DNA of 64,000 bases, taken from positions 32,001-96,000 of the forward strand of contig CAWKNZ010000008.1 in the NCBI GenBank assembly GCA_963851265.1, read 5' to 3'. The notes under the pieces are model-generated. The model ran no database searches and was not told the DNA's origin. It saw nothing but the letters and a program-made list of their open reading frames with translations. The DNA comes from an uncultured Gemmatimonadales bacterium. GTDB lineage: Bacteria > Gemmatimonadota > Gemmatimonadetes > Gemmatimonadales > Gemmatimonadaceae. How positions within the stretch are numbered: position 1 is the first letter of the stretch; each line of letters opens with the position of its first letter. This document shows positions 20,491 to 30,014 of this stretch, piece after piece. A program made the translations under genes and the position numbers.

Positions 20491-20527
20491 CCGGGCCGTG
20501 ATCGCGTCGTGACACGACGCGATCACG
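20487..20527. promoter_or_regulatory. 31-bp palindrome overlapping 11-bp-periodic GTGA repeats (Pho-box-like)
   Basis: CGTGATCGCGTCGTG-A-CACGACGCGATCACG at 20497-20527; GTGA at 20487, 20498 and 20509. Confidence 0.5.
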
Positions 20528-20582
20528 TTATTGCCGCCGCGGGCCCTCCCGCCGCGCGGCACGCTCCCCCGACCGCCTCGTC

Positions 20583-21644
20583 ATGCGCCGCCCGCCCGCG
20601 TCCGCGCTCGTCGTCTCGCTCCTCGCGACCACCGGCGTCGTGCTCGCCTGCACCGACACGACGTCGCCCGCCGTCGACCCCGCCGCCCCGCGATTCACCT
20701 TCGCCGTGATCGGCTGCAATCGCGTCGACGCGGCCGACACGCTCGGCAACACGAGCACGGCCAACCTCGAGCAGCTCACGCGCACGTTCCAGGAGGTCGC
20801 CGCGCTCCCCACGCGCCCGCGCTTCCTCTTCTTCACCGGCGACCTCGTGTTCGGCTACACGCCCGACACGCTGCAGCTCGACCGCGAGCTGCGCGCGTGG
20901 CGTGCCGTCTACGAGGCGTCGCCGCTCCCCGCGCTCGGCGTCGAGCTCGTCGCCATGCCGGGCAACCACGAGGTGCAGAACCTCGCCAAGGTCGCCACCG
21001 CCGCGGCGGAGCGCACGTGGCTGCGCGACATGCAGCCGTACATCACGCGCGGCGGCAACGGGCCCACCGCGGGCGGCGCCGACAACCTGGCCACCGACCA
21101 GAGCAAGCTCACGTACTCGTTCGATTACTCGGGCTCGCACTTCGTCACGATCAACACCGACCCGACCGGCGCGGACTGGCACGCGCCCACCGCGTGGCTC
21201 GGCGCCGACCTCGCCGCGGCCAACGGGCTCGGCGCGCAGCACATTTTCGTATTCGGTCACAAACCCGCGTACTCGTACCCGACGGTCGCGACCGACGGCC
21301 TGTCGAAGTTCCCGGCCTCGCGCGACCAGTACTGGAGCGTGCTCACCGCGAACCACGTCGACGCGATGTTTTCGGCCCACAACCACGTGTACTGGCGTGC
21401 GCAGCCGGCCGCCGGTTCGGCCACGTGGCAGATCATCGCGGGCAACGGCGGCAGCAAGCTCGAGACGACCATCGACCCGACGATCCCGTCGACGGGCGGC
21501 TACTACGGTTTCGTCGTGACCACGGTGCGCAACGACGGGCGCGTGTTCGTGCAGAGCTACGGCCGCGACGTGCCGGCGGCCGGCTACACGGCGCCGTCGT
21601 CGCCGAGCACCGTGCGCGACTCGTTCGACGTGGTCGCGCGGTGA
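20583..21644 (+). CDS. calcineurin-like metallophosphoesterase lipoprotein
   Basis: FTGDLV, PGNHE, FGHKP and SAHNH motifs; lipobox VLAC. The first motif is atypical (GCNR where GDxH is usual). Confidence 0.85.
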   Translation: MRRPPASALVVSLLATTGVVLACTDTTSPAVDPAAPRFTFAVIGCNRVDAADTLGNTSTANLEQLTRTFQEVAALPTRPRFLFFTGDLVFGYTPDTLQLDRELRAWRAVYEASPLPALGVELVAMPGNHEVQNLAKVATAAAERTWLRDMQPYITRGGNGPTAGGADNLATDQSKLTYSFDYSGSHFVTINTDPTGADWHAPTAWLGADLAAANGLGAQHIFVFGHKPAYSYPTVATDGLSKFPASRDQYWSVLTANHVDAMFSAHNHVYWRAQPAAGSATWQIIAGNGGSKLETTIDPTIPSTGGYYGFVVTTVRNDGRVFVQSYGRDVPAAGYTAPSSPSTVRDSFDVVAR

Positions 21645-23674
21645 AGCGGCCGCGCGCCGCGCTCGCCCGCGGCGCGCTCGACCGCGGCCTGCTCGGCAGC
21701 GGCGTGCTCGCGGGCGTGCTCGCGGTGATCGCGATCGCGCGTGCGCCGACGGTTCGTGCCCTGACGGTCCGCACCCTGACGGTCCGCACCCTCACGGCTC
21801 GCGCGGGCGGTCAGGGTGCGCCGACGCGGCCGGTGCCCGTGCAGGTCGACGGCCGCGCGCCCGGCGCGAACGGCGGGCCGCTCGGGGCGCGGCTGCGCGA
21901 CGACGTCGTGGCGCTCGACTCCGCCCTCGCGGGCCTGCCGCGGTGCGCGGGGCGGGGGACCGGCGGTGCGGCGTGCGCCGCGCGCGCTTTCGCCGACGCG
22001 CGCGCGGCGTACAAGCGTCAGGAGGCGCTGGTCGAACTACTCGCCCCGGCGGCGGCGACCGCGCTCAACGGCCGCCGGCAGGAGGTGGACGACGACGATG
22101 CCGCGCCGCCCGGTGCGACCGCGTCGGCCTTCGCGGCGGTCGAGCGCGCGTTGGCTGCTCCCGCGCCCGACTGGCGCGCGGCCGCGGAGGGCGTGCGGGG
22201 GGGACGCGAGGCGGTGCACACGCTCCTCGCGCAGCTCGGCGACTTCCGCATCTCGCCCCCGCTCGTCTTCGAGGCGGCGCAGCTGGAGGTGGCGCGCGTC
22301 GCCACCCTCGGCGTGACCGGGTTCGACACGCCCGACACGCGAGCCGGCGTCGGCGAGTCGGCGGTCGCGCTGCGCGGGGCCGCGGCCCTCGTCGCGGCGA
22401 CCGTGCCGGCTCCCGCCGCGGCACGCGCCGTTGCGTCGCTCGAACGTGCCGCGCGCTACGCGGCGACACGGCCCGACTTCGCGCGCTTCGACCGCCTCAC
22501 GTTCATCGCCGACTACACCGAGCCCGCGCTGCGCGAGCTGGAGCGGGCGCGGCGTTCGGCCGGCGTCCCCCGCGTCGAACGCCCGCGCGCGTGGACGGGC
22601 ACGACCCTGTTCGAGCGCGGCGCGTTCGACGTGCGCGCCTACGCGCCCGAGGCCGCCCCTCGCGCGACGCCGGCCCTCGTGGCCCTCGGCGCGCGCCTGT
22701 TCGCCGACCCCGCACTCTCGGGCGACGGGTCGCGCGCGTGTGCGAGCTGTCACGTGCCGGCCCGCGCGTTCGCCGACGGCCGCCGTGCGCCCGCGGTCGT
22801 GCGGGGCGTCGCCGGACACGTCGCCGCCGGGGGCGTCGCGCTGCGCAACACGCCGTCCCTGCTCGCCGTCGCGTACGAGCCCGCGCTCTTCGCCGACGCG
22901 CGCGCGGTCACGCTCGAGGACCAGGCGGCCGCCGTGCTCGCCAGCGCGCCCGAGATGGGGAGCAGCGCGGAGCGCGCGGCGGCGCGCGTCGCGCGCGAGC
23001 CGACCTACGCGGCCGCGTTCCGCGGCGCGTTGGGCGCCGCCCCCACCCCGCTCGGCGTTCGGCAGGCGCTCGCGGCGTACGTGCGCTCGCTCGGGCGTAC
23101 CGAGTCGCGCGTGGACCGCGCGTTCCGCGGCGACCGCGGCGCGCTCACGGCCGAAGAGCGCCGCGGCGCATCGCTCTTCCTCGGGCGCGCGGGGTGCGGC
23201 ACGTGTCACTACGCGCCCCTCTTCAGCGGCGCGACGCCGCCGCTGTTCCGGTCGGTCGACGCGGAAGTGCTCGGCGTCCCCGCCGTGGGCGCCCGGCGCG
23301 TCGACCCCGACCCCGGTCGCGGCGCGGTCGACGGCCGGCCCGAACACCTCCACGCGTTCAAGACGCCCACCCTGCGCAACGTCGCGCGGACCGCGCCGTA
23401 CATGCACAACGGGGCGTTCGCGACGCTCGACGCGGTGGTGCGGTTCTACGACGACGGCGGCGGGCGGGGGCGCGGCCTGCGCGTGCCCAACCAGACGCTG
23501 CCCGCGCGGCGGTTGCAGCTGACGGTAGACGAACGCCGCGCGCTCGTCGCGTTCCTGCGCGCGCTGAACGACGAGCCGGGCTCTGCTGTCGGTCCGTCCC
23601 CCCCGACGGTCGCGCGCCGCGACACGTCCGTTACCCGTTCGTCGGTCGATCGCGACAGAACGCGGAGACGTTAG
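21641..23674 (+). CDS. di-heme cytochrome c peroxidase/MauG family protein with imelysin-like N-terminal domain (paralog 1)
   Basis: CASCH and CGTCH heme motifs; [40 protein letters not shown] overlap with the upstream stop. Confidence 0.88.
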   Translation: MKRPRAALARGALDRGLLGSGVLAGVLAVIAIARAPTVRALTVRTLTVRTLTARAGGQGAPTRPVPVQVDGRAPGANGGPLGARLRDDVVALDSALAGLPRCAGRGTGGAACAARAFADARAAYKRQEALVELLAPAAATALNGRRQEVDDDDAAPPGATASAFAAVERALAAPAPDWRAAAEGVRGGREAVHTLLAQLGDFRISPPLVFEAAQLEVARVATLGVTGFDTPDTRAGVGESAVALRGAAALVAATVPAPAAARAVASLERAARYAATRPDFARFDRLTFIADYTEPALRELERARRSAGVPRVERPRAWTGTTLFERGAFDVRAYAPEAAPRATPALVALGARLFADPALSGDGSRACASCHVPARAFADGRRAPAVVRGVAGHVAAGGVALRNTPSLLAVAYEPALFADARAVTLEDQAAAVLASAPEMGSSAERAAARVAREPTYAAAFRGALGAAPTPLGVRQALAAYVRSLGRTESRVDRAFRGDRGALTAEERRGASLFLGRAGCGTCHYAPLFSGATPPLFRSVDAEVLGVPAVGARRVDPDPGRGAVDGRPEHLHAFKTPTLRNVARTAPYMHNGAFATLDAVVRFYDDGGGRGRGLRVPNQTLPARRLQLTVDERRALVAFLRALNDEPGSAVGPSPPTVARRDTSVTRSSVDRDRTRRR

Positions 23675-23770
23675 ACCGGAGCGGTGGGGCGCGCACGGTC
23701 GCGCCCCGCCGCGCCCCGCCCGCGCCCGCGTCCGAAGGACGGACCCGGCCCGCGCGCCCCGCCCCCGCTC

Positions 23771-25774
23771 ATGCCCCGTGCGACCCGGCATGCGCGCGCG
23801 GCCGGTTCCGTCCTCCTCGGCGCCGCCATCGGCGCCGGCGGTTGGACGGCCGCCCGCCCGCGCGCGATGCCGCCCCACCACTCGCCCGTCGCGTCCGCCC
23901 CGCGCGCCACGCCGCTCTGGCACGTCGACGCCGCGCTGTCGGCCCGGCTGCGCGGCCGCGTCGCGGGCGGGCTCGACACGCTCGACGGCGCGCTCGTCCG
24001 GCTCGCGGGCGCGCAGGCGGCGGACGCACGCCGCGATGCCTACCGCACCGCACGAGCCGCGTACAAGCGACTCGAGGGCGTGCTCGCCTACTTCGCGCCC
24101 CGCGAAGCGCTCGCCCTCGACGGCACGGAGGCCGAGGAGGGGGACGACAACCCCGACGCGGGGCGCGTCGTCACGCACGGGTTTCCGCGCATCGAGCGGC
24201 GCGTGTTCGTCGCGCCCGCCGCCCGCGGCGCGGCCGTGTTAGGCGCGCGCGACTCGGTGCGGGCGGAGGTGGCGCGCGCGCGCGGTGCGCTCGCCCGCGT
24301 GCGGGGCGCGCTCCCCTACCTCGCCGCCGCGGACGCGCAGCTGCTCGACGTGGCGCGCCTGGAGCTGGCGCGCGTGTGCACGCTCGGCATCGCGGGCACC
24401 GACGACGGCCCGGCCGGCGCCGCGATGCTCGACGCCGCAGCCGCCGTCGACGGCGTGCGCGCGCTCGTCGCCGACGCGGCGGACGCGGCCGGGGCGCCCC
24501 CGGCCGACGCGCGCGCGGCCGACGCGCGCCTCCGGGACGCGGCGGCCTACCTCCGCGCGCACCCGCGGTTCGCGACGTTCGACCGCTTCGCGTTCGTGAC
24601 CACGCGCGCGAACCCCGCGTTCGCCGCGCTCGCGGCCGTGGCCGCGCGCGTGCCGGCGCCCGCCGTGGCACTGCGCCAGGCGTGGCCCCGCGGCGTGGCG
24701 AGCGTGTACGACGCCCGCGCCTTCGACGCGATGGCGTTCGCCGCCGCGGACGCGCCCCGGCCGACCGCGGCGTGGGTCGCGCTCGGCCGCGCCCTCTTCG
24801 CCGACCCGGCGCTCTCGGGCGACGGCCGCCGCGCGTGCGCGTCGTGCCACCTGCCGGCGCGCGCGTTCACCGACGGCCGCGCGCGCGCGGCGGCGCTGGC
24901 ACCCGCGCGCGGCGCGGCCGTCGGCGAACGCGCGCTGCGCCACACGCCGCGCCTGGCGTACGCGGCGTGGCAGCCCGCGCAGTTCGCCGACGCGCGCGCG
25001 GCCACGCTCGAAGCGCAGGTCGACAGCGTGCTCGCGAGTCCGTCGGAGATGGGCAGCTCGACCGACGCCGCGGCCGCGCGCCTCGCGCACCGCGTCGCGT
25101 ACCGGCAGGCGTTCGCCGCGGCAACGGGCGCGCCGCCCGCGGCCGCCGTGACGCCGCACGCCGTGCGCGAGGCGCTCGCGGCGTACCTGCGCTCGCTCGG
25201 GCGGTTCGACTCGCGCTTCGACCGCGCCGTGCGCGGCGACGCCGGCGCCGCGCTGACGGGCGACGAGCGCCGCGGGTTCAACCTGTTCATGGGGCGCGCG
25301 CGCTGCGGCACGTGCCACTTCGCGCCGTTCTTCAACGGGACGGCACCGCCCGACTTCGCGACGTCGGCGGTCGAGGTACTCGGCGTGCCCGGGCGCTACC
25401 CCGTTCCGCCTAACGCCGTCCGCCCCCCGCCGGTCGACGCCGATTCCGGGCGCGCCGCGCTCGACCGCCTCGACGGACACCTGCACGCGTTCAAGACCCC
25501 ATCCGTGCGCGGCGCCGCGCACGGCGGCCCGTTCATGCACAACGGCGCCCTCCGCACGCTCGACGACGTGCTCGACTTCTACGACCGCGGCGGCGGCGCC
25601 GGGCTCGGCGCGGCCGTGCCCAACCAGACGCTCCCGCGCGAGCCGCTCCACCTCACCGCGCGCGACCGCCGCGCGCTCGTCGCGTTCCTCCGCGCGCTCG
25701 ACGAACCCGTCGGCGCGTACCCCGCCGCCCCCGGCGAACCGCCCCACCCACCAGCTCCGACCTCTACCCGATGA
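23771..25774 (+). CDS. di-heme cytochrome c peroxidase/MauG family protein with imelysin-like N-terminal domain (paralog 2)
   Basis: CASCH and [13 protein letters not shown]...PFMHNG; N-terminal ARAAYKRLE and HGFPRIE. Confidence 0.88.
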   Translation: MPRATRHARAAGSVLLGAAIGAGGWTAARPRAMPPHHSPVASAPRATPLWHVDAALSARLRGRVAGGLDTLDGALVRLAGAQAADARRDAYRTARAAYKRLEGVLAYFAPREALALDGTEAEEGDDNPDAGRVVTHGFPRIERRVFVAPAARGAAVLGARDSVRAEVARARGALARVRGALPYLAAADAQLLDVARLELARVCTLGIAGTDDGPAGAAMLDAAAAVDGVRALVADAADAAGAPPADARAADARLRDAAAYLRAHPRFATFDRFAFVTTRANPAFAALAAVAARVPAPAVALRQAWPRGVASVYDARAFDAMAFAAADAPRPTAAWVALGRALFADPALSGDGRRACASCHLPARAFTDGRARAAALAPARGAAVGERALRHTPRLAYAAWQPAQFADARAATLEAQVDSVLASPSEMGSSTDAAAARLAHRVAYRQAFAAATGAPPAAAVTPHAVREALAAYLRSLGRFDSRFDRAVRGDAGAALTGDERRGFNLFMGRARCGTCHFAPFFNGTAPPDFATSAVEVLGVPGRYPVPPNAVRPPPVDADSGRAALDRLDGHLHAFKTPSVRGAAHGGPFMHNGALRTLDDVLDFYDRGGGAGLGAAVPNQTLPREPLHLTARDRRALVAFLRALDEPVGAYPAAPGEPPHPPAPTSTR

Positions 25775-27138
25775 CCAGTCGTTTCACGCTTCGCGCCGCC
25801 GCCGGCATCGGCGCCGCGTGCGCCGCGGCCGCCTTCGCCGCCTCGTGCGATAGCAGCACCGCGCCCGTCTCCGCCGCCGCCTCCGACGTTTCGAAGGTCA
25901 ACCACGTCGTCGTCATCTACCTCGAGAACCGCTCGTTCGACAACACCTACGGCGAGTTCGCCGGCGCCGAGGGGCTGAGCGCGGGCGCGGCGCGCGCGAC
26001 CCAGGTGAACCTCGCCGGGCAGGCGTACACCACGCTGCCGCAGGTGACCGGCTCGCCCGTCCCGGCCACGCTGCCCAACGCGTCGTTCGACATCGCCCAG
26101 TTCGTGCCGCCGTCGACGCCCACGCGCGACCTCGTGCACCGCTACTACCAGGAGCAGCAGCAGATCGACGGCGGCAAGATGGACAAGTACGTCGCGGTGA
26201 GCGACGCGCAGGGGCTGTCGATGGGCTACTACCACACCGCGGTGCTGCCGCTTGCCGCCGAGGCCGCCAAGTACACGCTCGCCGACCACTTCTTCCACTC
26301 GGCGTTCGGCGGCTCGTTCCTGAACCACATGTACCTCATCGCCGCGGCCGCGCCCGTGTTCCCCAACGCGCCCGCGAGCATCGTCGCCAAGCTCGACGGC
26401 AGCGGCGCCCTGCTCACGGACGGCGCGGTGACCCCCGACGGATTCGTCGTGAACACGTCGTACACGGTCAACTCGCCGCACCCCGCCAGCGCCGCCGCCG
26501 CGAACCTCGTCCCCGTGCAGACCCTACCGACGATCGGCGACCGGCTGTCGGACAAGAACGTGAGCTGGGCCTGGTACTCGGGCGGCTGGAACAACGCCAT
26601 CGCGGGCACGCCGGACGCGACGTTCCAGTTCCACCACCAGCCGTTCGCGTACTTCGCCAACTACGCCGACGGCACCCCGGGGCGCGCCGCGCACCTCAAG
26701 GACGAGACCGACTTCGTCGCCGCCGCGCAGGCCGGCACGCTCCCGGCGGTGTCGTTCGTCAAGCCGTTAGGCGTCAACAACGAGCACCCGGGCTACGCCG
26801 ACATCCTCACCGGCGAGAACCACGTGGTGCAGCTCATCAACGCGGTGCGCAACGGCCCCAACTGGAAGGACGCCGCGATCATCATCACCTACGACGAGAA
26901 CGGCGGCTTCTGGGACCACGTCGCCCCGCCCACGGTCGACAAGTGGGGCCCGGGCACGCGCGTGCCCGCGCTCGTCATCTCGCCGTTCGCGAAGAAGGGC
27001 TACGTCGACCACACCACGTACGAGACGACGTCGATCCTCGCGTTCCTCGAGAAGCGCTACGGGCTCGCCCCGCTCGCCACGCACGACGCGCAGGCGGCCA
27101 ACATGCTCTCGGCGTTCGACTTCTCGCAGACCCCCTGA
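25771..27138 (+). CDS. acid phosphatase/phospholipase C (phosphoesterase, AcpA-like) lipoprotein
   Basis: [50 protein letters not shown] overlap with the upstream gene. Confidence 0.92.
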   Translation: MTSRFTLRAAAGIGAACAAAAFAASCDSSTAPVSAAASDVSKVNHVVVIYLENRSFDNTYGEFAGAEGLSAGAARATQVNLAGQAYTTLPQVTGSPVPATLPNASFDIAQFVPPSTPTRDLVHRYYQEQQQIDGGKMDKYVAVSDAQGLSMGYYHTAVLPLAAEAAKYTLADHFFHSAFGGSFLNHMYLIAAAAPVFPNAPASIVAKLDGSGALLTDGAVTPDGFVVNTSYTVNSPHPASAAAANLVPVQTLPTIGDRLSDKNVSWAWYSGGWNNAIAGTPDATFQFHHQPFAYFANYADGTPGRAAHLKDETDFVAAAQAGTLPAVSFVKPLGVNNEHPGYADILTGENHVVQLINAVRNGPNWKDAAIIITYDENGGFWDHVAPPTVDKWGPGTRVPALVISPFAKKGYVDHTTYETTSILAFLEKRYGLAPLATHDAQAANMLSAFDFSQTP

Positions 27139-27267
27139 TCCACGCCGCGCGACGCCGGCGCGTGCCGGGCCGCCGCCAGCGGCCGGGCGCGCGGGCGTAG
27201 CGCGGAGCCAGCGGGGCGGCGTCGGCGGGGCGGTTGCGCGACGGCGGAGCGGGTGAGACGTTCGGGG

Positions 27268-27741
27268 ATGACAACCCCGCCGCCCGTGTCCGCCGAGCCC
27301 CCGTTCGTCTTCCGCGACCCCGGCGAGCTGCGCGACGGCGAGCTGACGCTCGTGCTCGACTACCGCTCGCCGGCCGACCCCGCGCGCGGCTGGATCCCGA
27401 CCTACCACTTCTCGCTCCACGTCGACGGTCGGCGCGTGGGCGGGATCGAGTTGCGCGTCGACCTGGCCGGCGCGCTCGACCACACGACGGGGCACTTCGG
27501 CTACTTCGTCGAGCCGGCGTCGCGCGGGCGCGCGCTCGCGGCGCGCGCGGCGCGCCTCGTGCTGCCGCTCGCCCGGGCGCACGGGCTCGATCCGCTGTGG
27601 ATCCTGTGCGAGCCCGACAACCTCGCGTCGCGCCGCACCTGCGAGCGGCTCGGCGCGGTGCTGGCTCCCGCGGAGGCGGGCGCAGCGGCGGGGGCGCGCT
27701 GCCGGTATCGCCTGGACGCGGCCGCCCCGCCCGAGCGTTAG
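27268..27741 (+). CDS. GNAT family N-acetyltransferase
   Basis: GHFGYFVEPASRGRALA and CEPDNLASRRTCERLGA motifs. Confidence 0.85.
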   Translation: MTTPPPVSAEPPFVFRDPGELRDGELTLVLDYRSPADPARGWIPTYHFSLHVDGRRVGGIELRVDLAGALDHTTGHFGYFVEPASRGRALAARAARLVLPLARAHGLDPLWILCEPDNLASRRTCERLGAVLAPAEAGAAAGARCRYRLDAAAPPER

Positions 27742-27754
27742 GCGCGCGCGGGCG

Positions 27755-28348
27755 TCAGGCGTGCGGCCCGCACGCGTCGGCGAGGCGCGCGGCCAGGTCC
27801 ACCCCGCCGTCGCGCTGTCGCAGCCCGTTGAGGTGGGCGAACTCGTGGCGCGCGGTCTGGAGGATGGCCGGCAGGCCGCGGTCGGGGTTCAGCCGGTCGT
27901 ACCCGCGCGCGATGTGGACCGTGCCGTATTCCGCCGCGACCCCGGCCGGGTGCGCGTCGCCGGTGACCGGCATGACCTGGCCGTCCTCGTCCGTTTCGCG
28001 CCACATGTAGTCGATCATCCGTACGTCGCCCGCGTGCTCGCGCATCGTCGCGCCGAGCGCGTGGCACTGCCGCCCGAGCGCCGTGGTGTCGGCGGCGTAT
28101 CCGGTGAGGAGGCGGTCGGCTTCGGCGACGATCGCGGCGTGCTCCGCCTCGGTCGGCCGGGTGAGCGCGCACCACGCCGGATTGCAGCGCCCGTGACGGG
28201 CCGGAGCAGGTGACGGCGCACGCCCGGTGACACCCGGCCGGAGCGCGGCGAGCCCGGCCGCCGCGCGGGCCGAGGGCACGCCGAGGAGGGAAGCGAGGAG
28301 GGCGCCCGCGTAGAGCGGGCGCCGGAGTGAGGCGCGCGCGAGGATCAC
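27755..28348 (-). CDS. secreted hypothetical protein with HExxH (zincin-like) motif
   Basis: Signal-like N-terminus; TARHEFAHLNG near the C-terminus; several Cys. Start uncertain. Confidence 0.55.
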   Translation of the reverse strand: MILARASLRRPLYAGALLASLLGVPSARAAAGLAALRPGVTGRAPSPAPARHGRCNPAWCALTRPTEAEHAAIVAEADRLLTGYAADTTALGRQCHALGATMREHAGDVRMIDYMWRETDEDGQVMPVTGDAHPAGVAAEYGTVHIARGYDRLNPDRGLPAILQTARHEFAHLNGLRQRDGGVDLAARLADACGPHA

Positions 28349-28822
28349 GGATCGGTCGGGCTTCCGGGGACGGGCGGCGTCGACATCACGATGACATACA
28401 ACGCGGACCGGGAAAGGTTCGTTCTGCCGCGGTGTCGGGCGACACGCGCGCCCGGCGACGGCGAGGGCGGGCACATCTGTCGCCGCCCAGCCGCGGCAGC
28501 GCGCGGGGCGGGTGGGCGAACCGGGCGCGCGCCGCGCGGCCGACGGGCCCGCGGCGTGTAGCAGGCTTGCGCCGCACCGGGATGCCTCACATTTTGGCGC
28601 GCGTTGATACTCAATGGCGGACGGCGGCGCGGCTCGGCGGCGCGCCGCCCCCGCCGCAGCGGGGCCGGCGGGGAACGCCCGCGCCCAATGCCTAACGCGC
28701 GGCGCGTCCGACCACCGGCCGCCCCCGCCGCCCGCGCGGCCGCCGAGGAGCGCGCCCAACGGCGCGCCGAACGGCGCGCCGAACGCACGACCGCGCACCA
28801 CCCCACCCACACGGAGATTCGC

Positions 28823-29698
28823 ATGGCGAAGCACGCGGCAGCAAACCGGACGTCCGCCGGCCAGGGCGCCACCTACACCCGCGAGAGCGACGCGCGGCTG
28901 GCGGCTGCCGGCGGCGCGGCCCGCCTGCAGCCGCGGCGGACGCGGGGGTTCGGCTGGGTTCCGGACCTCCCCGACCACCGGGACTTCCTGTACGCGGCCC
29001 CCACACCGGTCCTACACACCATCCCGGCGAAGGTCGACCTCCGCCCGGGGTGCCCGCCCGTCTACGACCAGGGCGACCTCGGCAGTTGCACGGCCAACGC
29101 GATCGCCGGCGCGATCGAGTTCGACCAGAAAAAGGAATCCCAGACGTACCCGACGCCGTTCGCGCCGTCGCGGCTGTTCATCTACTACAACGAGCGCACC
29201 ATCGAAGGCACCGTCGCGCAGGACAGCGGCGCCCAGATCCGCGACGGCATCAAGAGCGTCGCCACGCTCGGCGCGTGCCCCGAAGACAAGGACTGGCCAT
29301 ACGACATCACGAAGTTCGCCGACGCGCCGCCGGCCGGCGCGTTCGCCGACGCCGCCTCTTACAAGATCAAGACGTACCAGCGCCTCATCCAGGACCTGAA
29401 CACGATGAAGGGCTGCCTGGCGTCGGGCTATCCGTTCGTGTTCGGCTTCACCGCGTACAACAGCCTGCAGACGCCCGCGGTCCAGCAAACGGGGCAGATC
29501 CCGATGCCCACCACGCAGGACCAGGTCATCGGCGGACACGCGATCGTCGCCGTCGGCTACGACGACGCGACCCGCACGTTCACCATCCGCAACTCGTGGG
29601 GCGCGGGCTGGGGCGACGCCGGCTACGGCTACATGCCCTACTCGTACCTGCTCGAGCGCAACCTCGCCTCGGACTTCTGGACGATCCGCAGCGTCTGA
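28823..29698 (+). CDS. C1A (papain-like) cysteine peptidase
   Basis: DQGDLGSCTANA, GGHAIVAVGY, RNSWGAGWGDAGY; GGAG upstream of ATG 28823. Confidence 0.93.
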   Translation: MAKHAAANRTSAGQGATYTRESDARLAAAGGAARLQPRRTRGFGWVPDLPDHRDFLYAAPTPVLHTIPAKVDLRPGCPPVYDQGDLGSCTANAIAGAIEFDQKKESQTYPTPFAPSRLFIYYNERTIEGTVAQDSGAQIRDGIKSVATLGACPEDKDWPYDITKFADAPPAGAFADAASYKIKTYQRLIQDLNTMKGCLASGYPFVFGFTAYNSLQTPAVQQTGQIPMPTTQDQVIGGHAIVAVGYDDATRTFTIRNSWGAGWGDAGYGYMPYSYLLERNLASDFWTIRSV

Positions 29699-29731
29699 CG
29701 CGCGCCTGACTCGCGCCTGACGCGCCGGCCG

Positions 29732-30004
29732 TCAGCGGAGGAACCGCCGCGCGACCTGCTCCAGCCGCTCGTCGCGCGCGGCCTCGGCCTCGGCCAGGAT
29801 CTCCTCCACGTACGGCCGGAGCAGCGGCTCGCCCCAGTAGTACCCGGTCGCGCGCTCGGCCAGTTGCGTCTCGCTCACGCGCGCCGCCTCGAGCAGCGCG
29901 CGCGCGGCCAGGCGCGGGTACTCGGGGTCGTCCCGCTCGGGGAGGCCGTAGTTGCGCCGGGGCATCTCGCCCTCGGCGTCGTCTCTCAGGAATGCCCGCG
30001 ACAT
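29732..30004 (-). CDS. small hypothetical protein
   Basis: 90-aa ORF with genome-typical codon usage, 10 nt downstream of the DyP gene. Confidence 0.65.
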   Translation of the reverse strand: MSRAFLRDDAEGEMPRRNYGLPERDDPEYPRLAARALLEAARVSETQLAERATGYYWGEPLLRPYVEEILAEAEAARDERLEQVARRFLR

Positions 30005-30014
30005 CTGGCGGAAG

